Shown here in pieces: positions 52,352 through 60,899 of a stretch of 64,000 nucleotides of DNA. The notes under the pieces are model-generated. The model saw only the letters and a list, made by a program, of their open reading frames with translations. It was not told the origin of the DNA and did not search any database. The DNA lies in the NCBI GenBank assembly GCA_945860915.1, contig CAMARR010000007.1:37010-101009 (forward strand), read 5' to 3'. The number at the start of each line of letters is the position of its first letter. Positions within the stretch are counted from its first letter, which is position 1. This DNA is from Candidatus Kuenenia stuttgartensis (GTDB taxonomy: Bacteria > Planctomycetota > GCA-002687715 > CAIWVZ01). Made by a program: the position numbers and the translations under genes.

Positions 52352-53171
52352 CCCATCGGGGCGCCTTACCACGTTCCTTGTCCATTCTGGCGAGGAACTG
52401 CAACGCCCCAAGTCCGACATCAATTGCGTGAGATTCAGCCTTGGCGCGTTGTCCGGCTTCGAGAAAGACGTCCGTCGCCCGATTCGCGAAAACCGCGCAA
52501 ACAGCGCCTGCGCGGCACCCGAGGAGATGCGCTAACACGAGAAGGGACGATGCCTCCATCTCAAGATTGAGGACCCCCTGATCGGCTAATTGTTTTGGCA
52601 GTTCCGAGAACCGCCCCTTGAGCACTTCATGGTCACGCCCCTGCCAGCCGTAGAAACCTGGTGCGGTCGCAGTAAGACCTACGTGGTGCCGGTGGCCGCA
52701 AGACGCGGCTGCAGACGACAACGCGAGGACAACCTCATGGTTCGCGACAGCCGGAAACCCTGGCTCGACGAAGGCTGCTGTCGTGTTCTCAAGGCGAACT
52801 GCTCCCGTTGTGATCACGAGATCGCCTGGCTTCATGTCCGCGCGCAACGCGCCGCATGTCCCGACCCTGATGATGTCCGGCGTTTCAACGCATCGGAGAA
52901 GTTCAACAACCGCGATTTCTGTGTTGTCGGGGCCCATTCCCGTCGCCATGACTGTGACGTCAAGCCCCTTCCAAATGCCCGTGAAGGTCACAAACTCACG
53001 GTGGGTTTTGGGGAACCCAGGGCGAATGGAATCGAAGCGCTTGGCAATCGCGGCCGCGCGGGCCGGGTCGCCAACAAGCAGAATCCGACGAGCCACATCT
53101 TTGGGCTTCAGGCCGATGTGATATTGCTCACCGGCAGGACCCTTCGGTCGATTGGCACGTTGCTGGCTCAT
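52332..53171 (-). CDS. udp: Uridine phosphorylase (NP-I family)
   Basis: [39 protein letters not shown]. Confidence 0.9.
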   Translation of the reverse strand: MSQQRANRPKGPAGEQYHIGLKPKDVARRILLVGDPARAAAIAKRFDSIRPGFPKTHREFVTFTGIWKGLDVTVMATGMGPDNTEIAVVELLRCVETPDIIRVGTCGALRADMKPGDLVITTGAVRLENTTAAFVEPGFPAVANHEVVLALSSAAASCGHRHHVGLTATAPGFYGWQGRDHEVLKGRFSELPKQLADQGVLNLEMEASSLLVLAHLLGCRAGAVCAVFANRATDVFLEAGQRAKAESHAIDVGLGALQFLARMDKERGKAPRWVIAPSP

Positions 53172-53938
53172 CCTTCTCCCCTAACGATCTTCACTCCGGC
53201 ACTCGCGCCGACGCGCGTTGCGCCGGCGGCGACCATGCGCTCGAGCGTCGCGCGATCCTTGACGCCTCCGGAAGCCTTCACGCCGAGAGAAGGACCCACT
53301 TCGGAGCGCATGAGAGCGATATCAGCAACGGTCGCACCGCCGGTTGAAAACCCGGTGGAAGTCTTGACGAAATCAGCGCCGGCCTTGACAGAGAGTCGAC
53401 ACGCACGGCGTTTCTCATCATCAGTCAGAAGGCACGTTTCCAAAATCACTTTGACTGTGATTCCCGCACGGCGCGCTGCGGTAACGGCCTCGATATCCCT
53501 AAGGACATCGTCATCCCGATTGGACTTGAGTAGGCCGATGGCGATGACCATGTCAATCTCGGTCGCCCCAAGTTCAATAGCCAATCGTGTCTCAGTGGCC
53601 TTCACGGCCGCCAATGTCGCGCCCAACGGGAATCCAACGACGGTGCACGTTTTAACGCCTGTGCCCGTGAGGCGGCGGGCGCATCGCTCAACCCAGATGG
53701 GATTAACACACACCGACGCAAATCGATGTTCCGCAGCCTCATCGCAAAGCCGGTCAATCTCATACTGCATAGCGTCGGGCTTGAGAATCGTGTGATCGAT
53801 CAGCGCCGCTACACTTGGAATTGCGTTCTTGGGCGATGGAGTAGTTCCGATGCGATCAGCACCCGCAACCACAAGCGCGTCGGTGACCGCATCAACCAAG
53901 CGCTCAAATGCGGCCGGATCCATGGCTCGACGGGTCAT
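53168..53938 (-). CDS. deoC: Deoxyribose-phosphate aldolase with N-terminal extension
   Basis: IDHTILK, VVGFPLG, EIDMV, KVILET, FVKTSTG, VKASGG, RVGAS; about 40 extra N-terminal residues. Confidence 0.97.
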   Translation of the reverse strand: MTRRAMDPAAFERLVDAVTDALVVAGADRIGTTPSPKNAIPSVAALIDHTILKPDAMQYEIDRLCDEAAEHRFASVCVNPIWVERCARRLTGTGVKTCTVVGFPLGATLAAVKATETRLAIELGATEIDMVIAIGLLKSNRDDDVLRDIEAVTAARRAGITVKVILETCLLTDDEKRRACRLSVKAGADFVKTSTGFSTGGATVADIALMRSEVGPSLGVKASGGVKDRATLERMVAAGATRVGASAGVKIVRGEG

Positions 53939-54216
53939 GTTGGTCGGCTCTCCATGTCGAGCCCGTCAACCACGGCAACGATGACTGCTTGGACAGGTGT
54001 CGACTCACTCCCGATCATCATGCGCGCGCTGCCGCCTTCCTTCAGGATGACGACGAGATCTCCTTCGCCCGAGTCCACATGATCCACGGCCACTAACGCG
54101 CGTCCCGTGGGTGTGCCATCAGGATTTACAGGCTGGGCCAAGAGCAAACGCGCCCCCGCCAATTCACCATCGGCGATGGTGGCGTATACGGCACTCTGAA
54201 TGCGCGCAAGAATCAC
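53935..54216 (-). CDS. BMC pentamer shell protein (EutN/CcmL, BMC-P)
   Basis: GTG 54216: [13 protein letters not shown]...[20 protein letters not shown]...VIVAVVD. Confidence 0.93.
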   Translation of the reverse strand: MILARIQSAVYATIADGELAGARLLLAQPVNPDGTPTGRALVAVDHVDSGEGDLVVILKEGGSARMMIGSESTPVQAVIVAVVDGLDMESRPT

Positions 54217-54503
54217 CGAACGTCTCCGGGTAGAGGAAGTCGGTCTAGGATCGCAATGACTGACGCATCCGTCGCCACGAGATCCGTGGCATAGAGCCGC
54301 TTCCATGGAATCGCAGCCTCGCTTGCTGTCACATAAAGGACAATTTGCCCGGGACCTGCTCCAACTGTGTCAGTGGCGGCGATGACAGCACCATGCGGCG
54401 CTCCGGCTGCATTGAGAGGCTGCAGCATCAACATGCGACCGCGTTCAAGCGCTGCTTGCTTGGCCGTTGCCCAAACGGAACCAACGACACGAGCAATTTC
54501 CAT
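54213..54503 (-). CDS. BMC pentamer shell protein (EutN/CcmL, BMC-P)
   Basis: MEIARVVGSVWAT.K...AATDTVGAGPGQIV...TDASVIAILD. Confidence 0.95.
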   Translation of the reverse strand: MEIARVVGSVWATAKQAALERGRMLMLQPLNAAGAPHGAVIAATDTVGAGPGQIVLYVTASEAAIPWKRLYATDLVATDASVIAILDRLPLPGDVR

Positions 54504-55207
54504 CAGGAACCTTCGATGAGCGCCACACGTCGGGTGTGGCGTCCCCCTTCAAAGGCCGTGTCGAGGAATGCGTCGACGATAGCCACCATCTCTTGCTCTT
54601 TCACGATTCTCGAACCAAGGCACAGGACGTTCGCGTCATTGTGGCTTCGAGCGGAGATGGCCTCGGCTACGACGGCGCAAGGCGCCGCGCGGACACCAGC
54701 ATGCCGGTTGCATGCCATCGCCGAAGCGACACCGGACCCATCAATGACAACAGCGCGTGCAACTCTTCCGGAAACTACCGCAAAGGCCGCTTGGTGGGCA
54801 AAGTCCGGCCAATCGACGGCTTCCGTCGAATGTGTTCCAAGATCGATGACCGTAATTCCTTTTGAAACAAGCAGAGGCTTCAGCGCCTCCTTGGCAGCGA
54901 ATCCTCCGTGATCTGATGCCACGGCAAGCAGATTCTTCACGGGCAATGGCCCGGCCTTCATGGCGACGCCGAGACGGTCAGCCGTCTCCCGCGCCAGCGG
55001 CGTCACCAATGAACCATCCGGCACTATTACAGGACTTCGAGCGGTGTACGCCGCCAAGACATCGGCCTCTGTTACGAGTAGACGTTGACGCCTATCTGCG
55101 GCGTCATCGAAACGCCTCCATCCGGCCACGCTCGCGGGCATCGAGGTCGGAGCGAACTTCTCGACAAGCGCGTCGCGGACGGCACGGCGGATCGCTTCAC
55201 GATCCAT
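54503..55207 (-). CDS. rpiB: RpiB/LacA-LacB family sugar-phosphate isomerase with N-terminal extension
   Basis: ASDHGG, DLGT, DWPD, IDGSGVAS, RSHNDANVL, FEGGRH..RV; about 90 extra N-terminal residues. Confidence 0.9.
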   Translation of the reverse strand: MDREAIRRAVRDALVEKFAPTSMPASVAGWRRFDDAADRRQRLLVTEADVLAAYTARSPVIVPDGSLVTPLARETADRLGVAMKAGPLPVKNLLAVASDHGGFAAKEALKPLLVSKGITVIDLGTHSTEAVDWPDFAHQAAFAVVSGRVARAVVIDGSGVASAMACNRHAGVRAAPCAVVAEAISARSHNDANVLCLGSRIVKEQEMVAIVDAFLDTAFEGGRHTRRVALIEGS

Positions 55208-55529
55208 CCGGCTGTACTCCTAGATCAGTAACGCCCATCCTGTCAAACACTGCCCAATCACGGTCGACGATTTCTAGATCATCGACGATCGCAACGATCA
55301 CGGCATCAACCGCCTTATCCTTGGTGGCCTCCGTCTGACGTGCGCTCGACCCCTGAGTGACGAGCACAGTTTCACCCATCCCCGCGCCAATGACGTCGAC
55401 GGCGATCACGAACCCATCCCCCAGCGTTCGATCGGGCTTCAGCGCGCGTACAATCATCCACTTGAACCCCGAGACACGGGGATCTTTGCGGGTGGCCCAC
55501 ACGGTTCCTACAACTCTTCCAAGCAGCAT
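55197..55529 (-). CDS. BMC pentamer shell protein (EutN/CcmL, BMC-P)
   Basis: MLLGRVVGTVWATRKD...IAVDVIGAGMGETVLVTQGSSAR...VDAVIVAIVD. Confidence 0.96.
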   Translation of the reverse strand: MLLGRVVGTVWATRKDPRVSGFKWMIVRALKPDRTLGDGFVIAVDVIGAGMGETVLVTQGSSARQTEATKDKAVDAVIVAIVDDLEIVDRDWAVFDRMGVTDLGVQPDGS

Positions 55530-55594
55530 GTTGTTTGACGGCTTGCGCCGGCCTTCCAAAGATAGAGGATAGTGCACGGTCCGCAAGCGTCCCC

Positions 55595-56287
55595 ATGAAG
55601 TCATTCCCCCGCGATCTTCTCGGTTCCTCTCGGCTCATCCTCCTCGCGATGGCCGTCTTCGCGTGGCTTTGCAAGGGGGTGCCCAACTTCATGCAAGGCG
55701 CCCCAGAAATCGTCGTGGATATGGCTGATTACTGCGGTGAGTTTGCGCCTCGGCTCCTAGCTGGGTCAGCAACCGTAGCCGGCGTCATTCACTTGCGCGG
55801 CGTTGAGCGATGGCAGTCACTGATCATCCCTTTGACGTTGCTCTTGGCCCTATTCGGGCTGCATCTTCGCGCCATTAACGCTCCAAACGATGTGGGCCAG
55901 CTCGAAGACCTTGCGACCACGGTCCTTACTCTGGCTTTCCCTTTCGCTGTTCTGATTCCTCTCGCCCGACGGGGCCCCGGATGGATAGGTTCCTTCGTCG
56001 TTTCTGCCCTTTGCTTTGGCATCGGACTGGCAATGGCATTCACTCGGCCGAACCGAGCAGCGTCGTACCTGAGTTCCGGCCTGGGCCTTCCCCCAACCGG
56101 AATCTACGCGCCACTGGCGGTCGCGATTTTGGCCGCGTTACTCCCGCTGGCACTCTCTCGAAGGTACGGACTCACGGTCGCAATTGCGACGTTTGCGTCG
56201 GCGCTACTGCCCCCTCTATGGGGCGACGGAGTTCGGCTTGCAATCTGCGTTATAGGAATGGCGCTCAGCTCAGCGCCGACGATCTAG
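55595..56287 (+). CDS. Hypothetical integral membrane protein
   Basis: Several hydrophobic segments; divergent from the BMC operon; start ATG 55595 preferred. Confidence 0.6.
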   Translation: MKSFPRDLLGSSRLILLAMAVFAWLCKGVPNFMQGAPEIVVDMADYCGEFAPRLLAGSATVAGVIHLRGVERWQSLIIPLTLLLALFGLHLRAINAPNDVGQLEDLATTVLTLAFPFAVLIPLARRGPGWIGSFVVSALCFGIGLAMAFTRPNRAASYLSSGLGLPPTGIYAPLAVAILAALLPLALSRRYGLTVAIATFASALLPPLWGDGVRLAICVIGMALSSAPTI

Positions 56288-56850
56288 GATTTCTCGTCGT
56301 CTGACGACTCATCAGAGAATTCGTCGTCGTCGAGCTCATCATCATCATCTTCGTCGTCGCTTTCCGCTCCGTCATCTTCCTCGTCCGCCTCGTCTCCATC
56401 CTTACTGTCAAGCATCGCCAGTTGCTCAGTGAAATCCTCCACGGTCTCAAGAACGCTCGTTGTGACCATAAGAGGAACTCCCCACTTCAACGCGAAAACC
56501 ATAGCGTCAGAAGCACGGGTATCGAGTCTTACCTCATTGCGATGCGAGTCAAGCTGTTGGCTCAGAATCAACGACGCACAATAGACTCCATTGTGAACAC
56601 TTGAGATCACAGCCCGCGTTACTCCGATGTCGAAACCGCGCAGAGCAAATTCCATAAGATCATGGGTCATCGGTCGATCTGCTCTGACTTTTCTGAGCTC
56701 ACGATCGATTGCCGCCCCTTCTACCTGACCGACGAAGATGACGAAGAGTTTGGTCGGATGCTTGATTGCAACGCCCACGGTCCCGCTTTCGCGAAAAACC
56801 AGAACGCGGTCGATCGATACCTCGACTGGTACGTTGGGATCAGTTGCCAT
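56284..56850 (-). CDS. Bifunctional nuclease family protein (DUF151) with acidic tail
   Basis: IFVGQVEG.AI, RPMTHDL, LDTRASDA..FAL; Asp/Glu-rich C-terminus. Confidence 0.9.
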   Translation of the reverse strand: MATDPNVPVEVSIDRVLVFRESGTVGVAIKHPTKLFVIFVGQVEGAAIDRELRKVRADRPMTHDLMEFALRGFDIGVTRAVISSVHNGVYCASLILSQQLDSHRNEVRLDTRASDAMVFALKWGVPLMVTTSVLETVEDFTEQLAMLDSKDGDEADEEDDGAESDDEDDDDELDDDEFSDESSDDEKS

Positions 56851-56890
56851 GGCCTATGATGGTGACGCTAGCGAGGCCTCGAATCAAACC

Positions 56891-57508
56891 TCAAGGGACA
56901 ATCGAGACGGCCGTGCCGATTGGCGCATGTCTCCACAACTCAATGACATCGGCATTAGAGAGCGCGATACTGCCATCGGTGCAATGAGACGTCGAGACAG
57001 GAAAGAAGTTCCCCTGAATGCCAAACGGGCCGCCAATCTCCGGGGGGCATTTAGGGCGTTCCCCTCGTCGACGAGCGCGAATAATGCCGTCAAATGTCTC
57101 GCGATCGATGAGCCCGTGGTCGAATGCCCGGATGGCGTCGTCTTCTGATGGGAAGTCGATCTCCATCCACCGCGAGCCGCGCGCCAGAATCTCCTCGTGC
57201 ACGGCCACACGCGTGATGACATAATCCCCAAGTGGAGTGCTATCCCGTCCCACCCCGAGCATCCCGGGCACCCTCGCACGGCCGAATCCGGCAGGATAAC
57301 GCTTTACAAGGGTTTCGCCGTCGTAGAGTTCAACGACTCCGCGCGAAATCGTCGCAACGATTCGAGGTTCGCCGAGAGGCACCATGAGTCCTGCGACGGC
57401 TGCCGCCTCGGGAAGCGTGTCATCGGCGCCTTCTCGAAGCCATGCGCTTGTAACAAGCACGTAGCCGATCACGCTGAGAATCGAAGCTTGTATTAGGAAT
57501 CGAATCAT
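56891..57508 (-). CDS. L,D-transpeptidase (YkuD) fold protein with substituted catalytic residues
   Basis: N-terminal anchor, LVKRYPAGFG, TPLGDY, IDFP...D, GIQG...TDGSIALSN.DV.EL...PIGT.V.I. Confidence 0.8.
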   Translation of the reverse strand: MIRFLIQASILSVIGYVLVTSAWLREGADDTLPEAAAVAGLMVPLGEPRIVATISRGVVELYDGETLVKRYPAGFGRARVPGMLGVGRDSTPLGDYVITRVAVHEEILARGSRWMEIDFPSEDDAIRAFDHGLIDRETFDGIIRARRRGERPKCPPEIGGPFGIQGNFFPVSTSHCTDGSIALSNADVIELWRHAPIGTAVSIVP

Positions 57509-57575
57509 GGCCTATCGAACGGATCGACACGATAGGCATCGGGCTAAAGTTGCATGCGATCTACGGATTAAATAT

Positions 57576-58727
57576 CTAGCCGCCGGGGTTCAACGAACGC
57601 AATTTCGCGACAGCCCTGCGCGTGATATCGACGGCAAAATCAACTTCCTCCGATGTGTTTTCAGCGCAAAGCGAATAGCGAACTGCGCCGAGAAGACGCT
57701 CGTATCGAAAGCCCATGGCCTCGAGAACATGGCTGCCGCCAAACTGTGCAGCGCTGCAGGCAGACCCCGCAGAGAGGCAAAGCCCCTCACGCGCCGCAGT
57801 CAACACAACGGACGACCCCTCAATCCTAGGGAACGACACGTTGACGGTACCAGGCATCCGTCCATCACCGCGACCGTTGACCACGCAACCTTCAATGGTC
57901 AACAGGGACTCTTCTAGTCTGGCTCCAATTCGAACAAGAGCTGCATTCCGCGATTCGATGTCCGTCGAGGCGATTCTGGCTGCGACCCCCATTCCGACAA
58001 CTCCGGGAACATTCTCTGTACCTGCGCGACGGCCCGATTCGTGTGGAGCGCCGTGGAGCAGCCTCCGGAATCGAGCGTCGCGTCGGACAAAAAGTGCACC
58101 CACACCCTTCGGGCCGTGAAACTTGTGCGCTGAGATCGAGAGAAATTCACAACCGATGGTAGTGACATCCAGCGGAACCTTGCCTGGCGCTTGAGTCGCG
58201 TCGATGTGGAAGGGCACGCCATAATGTTGGCAGAGGCTTGCGACCTTGCCGACCGGGAGAATCGTCCCGGTTTCGTTGTTGGACCACATGATCGAACACA
58301 ACGACGCCCCCTTCGCGAGCTCTGAATTGAGCACCTCGAGGTCTAGTCGACCTTCTCCGTCCACAGGAATGGAAACAGGTTCCACGCCTTCGCGACGAAG
58401 CGCAGCAGCCGTCTCAATCACGCATTCGTGTTCGATTGCCGAGTAGATCACCCGACGCGTACCGCTCCGGTCCGCCGCGACCGCCGCTCGCATCGCGGTG
58501 TTGACGGATTCCGTCGCACCGGACGTGAAAACGACCTCGGTTTCCCGGCAATTCAGAAGGCGCGCGACATCCAATCGGCTCGACTCAACGAGGACCCTCG
58601 CCCTAGCACCGGCGCCGTGAAGTGAGCTCGGATTCCCCCACGATTCCGACAGCACCATGTGAACCGCACGCACAACTTCGTCGCGAGGCCGTGTCGTTGC
58701 ATTCGAATCGAAATAAATTTCACGCAT
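57576..58727 (-). CDS. Cysteine desulfurase (IscS/NifS, group I)
   Basis: YFDSNATT, GNPSS, FTSGATE, NNETG, SAHKFHGPKG, RAGTEN, SAGSACS. Confidence 0.95.
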   Translation of the reverse strand: MREIYFDSNATTRPRDEVVRAVHMVLSESWGNPSSLHGAGARARVLVESSRLDVARLLNCRETEVVFTSGATESVNTAMRAAVAADRSGTRRVIYSAIEHECVIETAAALRREGVEPVSIPVDGEGRLDLEVLNSELAKGASLCSIMWSNNETGTILPVGKVASLCQHYGVPFHIDATQAPGKVPLDVTTIGCEFLSISAHKFHGPKGVGALFVRRDARFRRLLHGAPHESGRRAGTENVPGVVGMGVAARIASTDIESRNAALVRIGARLEESLLTIEGCVVNGRGDGRMPGTVNVSFPRIEGSSVVLTAAREGLCLSAGSACSAAQFGGSHVLEAMGFRYERLLGAVRYSLCAENTSEEVDFAVDITRRAVAKLRSLNPGG

Positions 58728-58983
58728 GCGAGTTTCCCACGAGGCGACGCCACAAACGGATGAGCACATGCGGCCTTAGGGCTCGCTCTTGCTGAAGAAC
58801 CGTCGCGATGTCGGGAAGACAAGACTTGCATCCGGTCCCGGCCTTGCAGGCGCGCGAAACTGCCTCTAGCGAATCAGCACCTGACGCTCGGATGATCTCT
58901 CTGACACGACCGGCGCTCACATTGTGGCAATGGCACAACGTTCGAGTTGGATCATTCCACTCCTCAGCGCTAGGGGCATTCAT
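58720..58983 (-). CDS. BFD-like [2Fe-2S] protein
   Basis: LCHCHNV...AGTGCKSC (C-x-C...C-x2-C). Confidence 0.88.
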   Translation of the reverse strand: MNAPSAEEWNDPTRTLCHCHNVSAGRVREIIRASGADSLEAVSRACKAGTGCKSCLPDIATVLQQERALRPHVLIRLWRRLVGNSHA

Positions 58984-58987
58984 GGCA

Positions 58988-60046
58988 TCAGATTATCAGC
59001 GGTGATCTAGCAAGCACTGCCGCGACCTGGAGGGGAACATGCACTACCTGCCGACCTCGCGAGGCTCTGGTTCCGAGAATCTTGGGGATGGAAACGACCC
59101 CTCCCTCACGGAGCACCTCGGCGCGGAAGAGCATGGACTCGAGCGGAGTACCATCAATCGCAAGTCCACCATCGTCCGGCCGCCAACCCACAGCAGCCAA
59201 TGCCGCTGCGCGACGTTCCAGCGCAAGCCCAAGCACTGCATGGGCGTTCGGGCCAAGTCGTGCGCCGGTACGAACGATCGCCACGAGCGGCGCTGCAACG
59301 CCGCCGATCGCGTCATTGATCGCGGTTATGGCCTTCTTTCGCCGCTTCGGGAAGAGCGCAACTTTGGTGAGCGAAGAAGGCCGAATTCCAAAGAGATTGG
59401 TGGGCAATTTGGAGGAAAGCGGTGCTCCGTCAAGGACAAGCACCTCCATCGGAGGAAGCCACGGTCTTGCTAGGATGTCTACTAAAGTCTCGGCAGCGTA
59501 GTCAAGCGAAGTCGCTGCATCATGCCAGACGACGACGGAGACAGGCAATGGTCCTGGCGGACTCTCGGTGGCCGGCATGGGCTCACCCTGTCGGCGTCGA
59601 CCTAGGAGAGATAGTCTTCCTGTTTCGCTTCCGTCGATGACTCCAGGCAGACATGCGGCCTCGATGAATCGGCGCGCCCGGCGCGCTTCGGGCAGGGATG
59701 GCATAGGGACGTCGAGCAGGAACAGTCCCTCGCGACAGACTCGGCGAAGCACGGTTTCAATACGGTCGATCGCGTCTGTTCCAATTTCCGAGAGTATGGC
59801 CAGTGAAACGATATCGCCCTTGTCGCGAGCGACGGGCACGGGAGTCTTGCGCGCCAACGAGCGCAGGACGTCCGGTGGCACGTCCTCTGCGACCCAGACT
59901 TCGGACGCCGACACGGCCACGTTGTCAGAAACATCCGGCGCGGGATTCCCAGCGAGACGGGCCGGTCCGACGTGCTCGCCAAATGAGATCGTCTGCAACA
60001 ATCCCGCCCGCGGCATGAGGACAAAGTTCGGTGAATCAGAAGACAT
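58988..60046 (-). CDS. Hypothetical protein with degenerate GT2-like C-terminal domain
   Basis: PVSVVVW...EVLVLDG...AINDAI...LVAIV pattern of GT-A folds; start uncertain (ATG 60046). Confidence 0.55.
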   Translation of the reverse strand: MSSDSPNFVLMPRAGLLQTISFGEHVGPARLAGNPAPDVSDNVAVSASEVWVAEDVPPDVLRSLARKTPVPVARDKGDIVSLAILSEIGTDAIDRIETVLRRVCREGLFLLDVPMPSLPEARRARRFIEAACLPGVIDGSETGRLSLLGRRRQGEPMPATESPPGPLPVSVVVWHDAATSLDYAAETLVDILARPWLPPMEVLVLDGAPLSSKLPTNLFGIRPSSLTKVALFPKRRKKAITAINDAIGGVAAPLVAIVRTGARLGPNAHAVLGLALERRAAALAAVGWRPDDGGLAIDGTPLESMLFRAEVLREGGVVSIPKILGTRASRGRQVVHVPLQVAAVLARSPLII

Positions 60047-60866
60047 GCAAGACCAAATGACACGTTGAGACGAGTCCCAGTGCCAAGCAGTAGAAGCCAA
60101 AAGGACGCAAGCTTCCACGTCGCACGAATGGGAGCAGCCACCTAAGTGCTGCCACTCCCACGGCGAACGCCACGGCGCTTCCGATGATCACCGCTGTGTA
60201 ATTGACGACATTTCCCTCTGCATTGAATACGTCTTTTCCCTTGAGAGCAGCAGCACCAAGATTTGGGGGAAGTGACATGAGGAACGCGAACGGACCGACG
60301 ATTTCTCGCCGAACACCGCAAAGAAGCCCAGTTCCAATCGTGGCACCCGATCGGGAAAAACCTGGGAAAAACACGGATACCGACTGCGCAAAACCCATTG
60401 CGATCGCTTCTCGCACCCCAGCGTCTCTAGGTCCTGGTCGAAATCGGCTGGCAACTAACAACCAAATTCCCGTCCCAATCAAAACGACCGAAACGACGTC
60501 AGGCCGTTCGCGAAACCCCTCGAGGAATCGTTTAAAAATCACTCCAACAAGAACGGCCGGAATCGCGCTCATTGCGACGAGCACCAACATCCGAAAATCG
60601 TGGTTTTCGGACATGGATTTACGCCACCGCATCGGTTTGAGCAGGACCGGCACGCCTCTGACCATTGAGAGGACCTCTCGCCGAAACACCACAATCACGG
60701 AAAGAGATGTTGCGAGGTGAAGCAGGGCATCGAACGCCAAATTCTGCGGAACTCGATCCCCGCCGAGCCAAGCGCGGGCCAGCACGAGGTGCCCCGACGA
60801 GGATATCGGGAGGAACTCTCCGACACCTTGGATGAGTCCAAGCAGGGCAGCGTCGATCCATTGCAT
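60036..60866 (-). CDS. uppP: Undecaprenyl-diphosphate phosphatase
   Basis: LGLIQGVGEFLPISSSGHL, HLAT, PGFSRSGATI; multiple TMs. Confidence 0.95.
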   Translation of the reverse strand: MQWIDAALLGLIQGVGEFLPISSSGHLVLARAWLGGDRVPQNLAFDALLHLATSLSVIVVFRREVLSMVRGVPVLLKPMRWRKSMSENHDFRMLVLVAMSAIPAVLVGVIFKRFLEGFRERPDVVSVVLIGTGIWLLVASRFRPGPRDAGVREAIAMGFAQSVSVFFPGFSRSGATIGTGLLCGVRREIVGPFAFLMSLPPNLGAAALKGKDVFNAEGNVVNYTAVIIGSAVAFAVGVAALRWLLPFVRRGSLRPFGFYCLALGLVSTCHLVLHVF

Positions 60867-60899
60867 GAGGAATGCTAGCGAACGGGGTAGGATGCCCCC

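Noticed and set aside
56290..56400. TCG/TCA trinucleotide-like repeats
   Set aside because: Simply encode the acidic tail of the DUF151 protein
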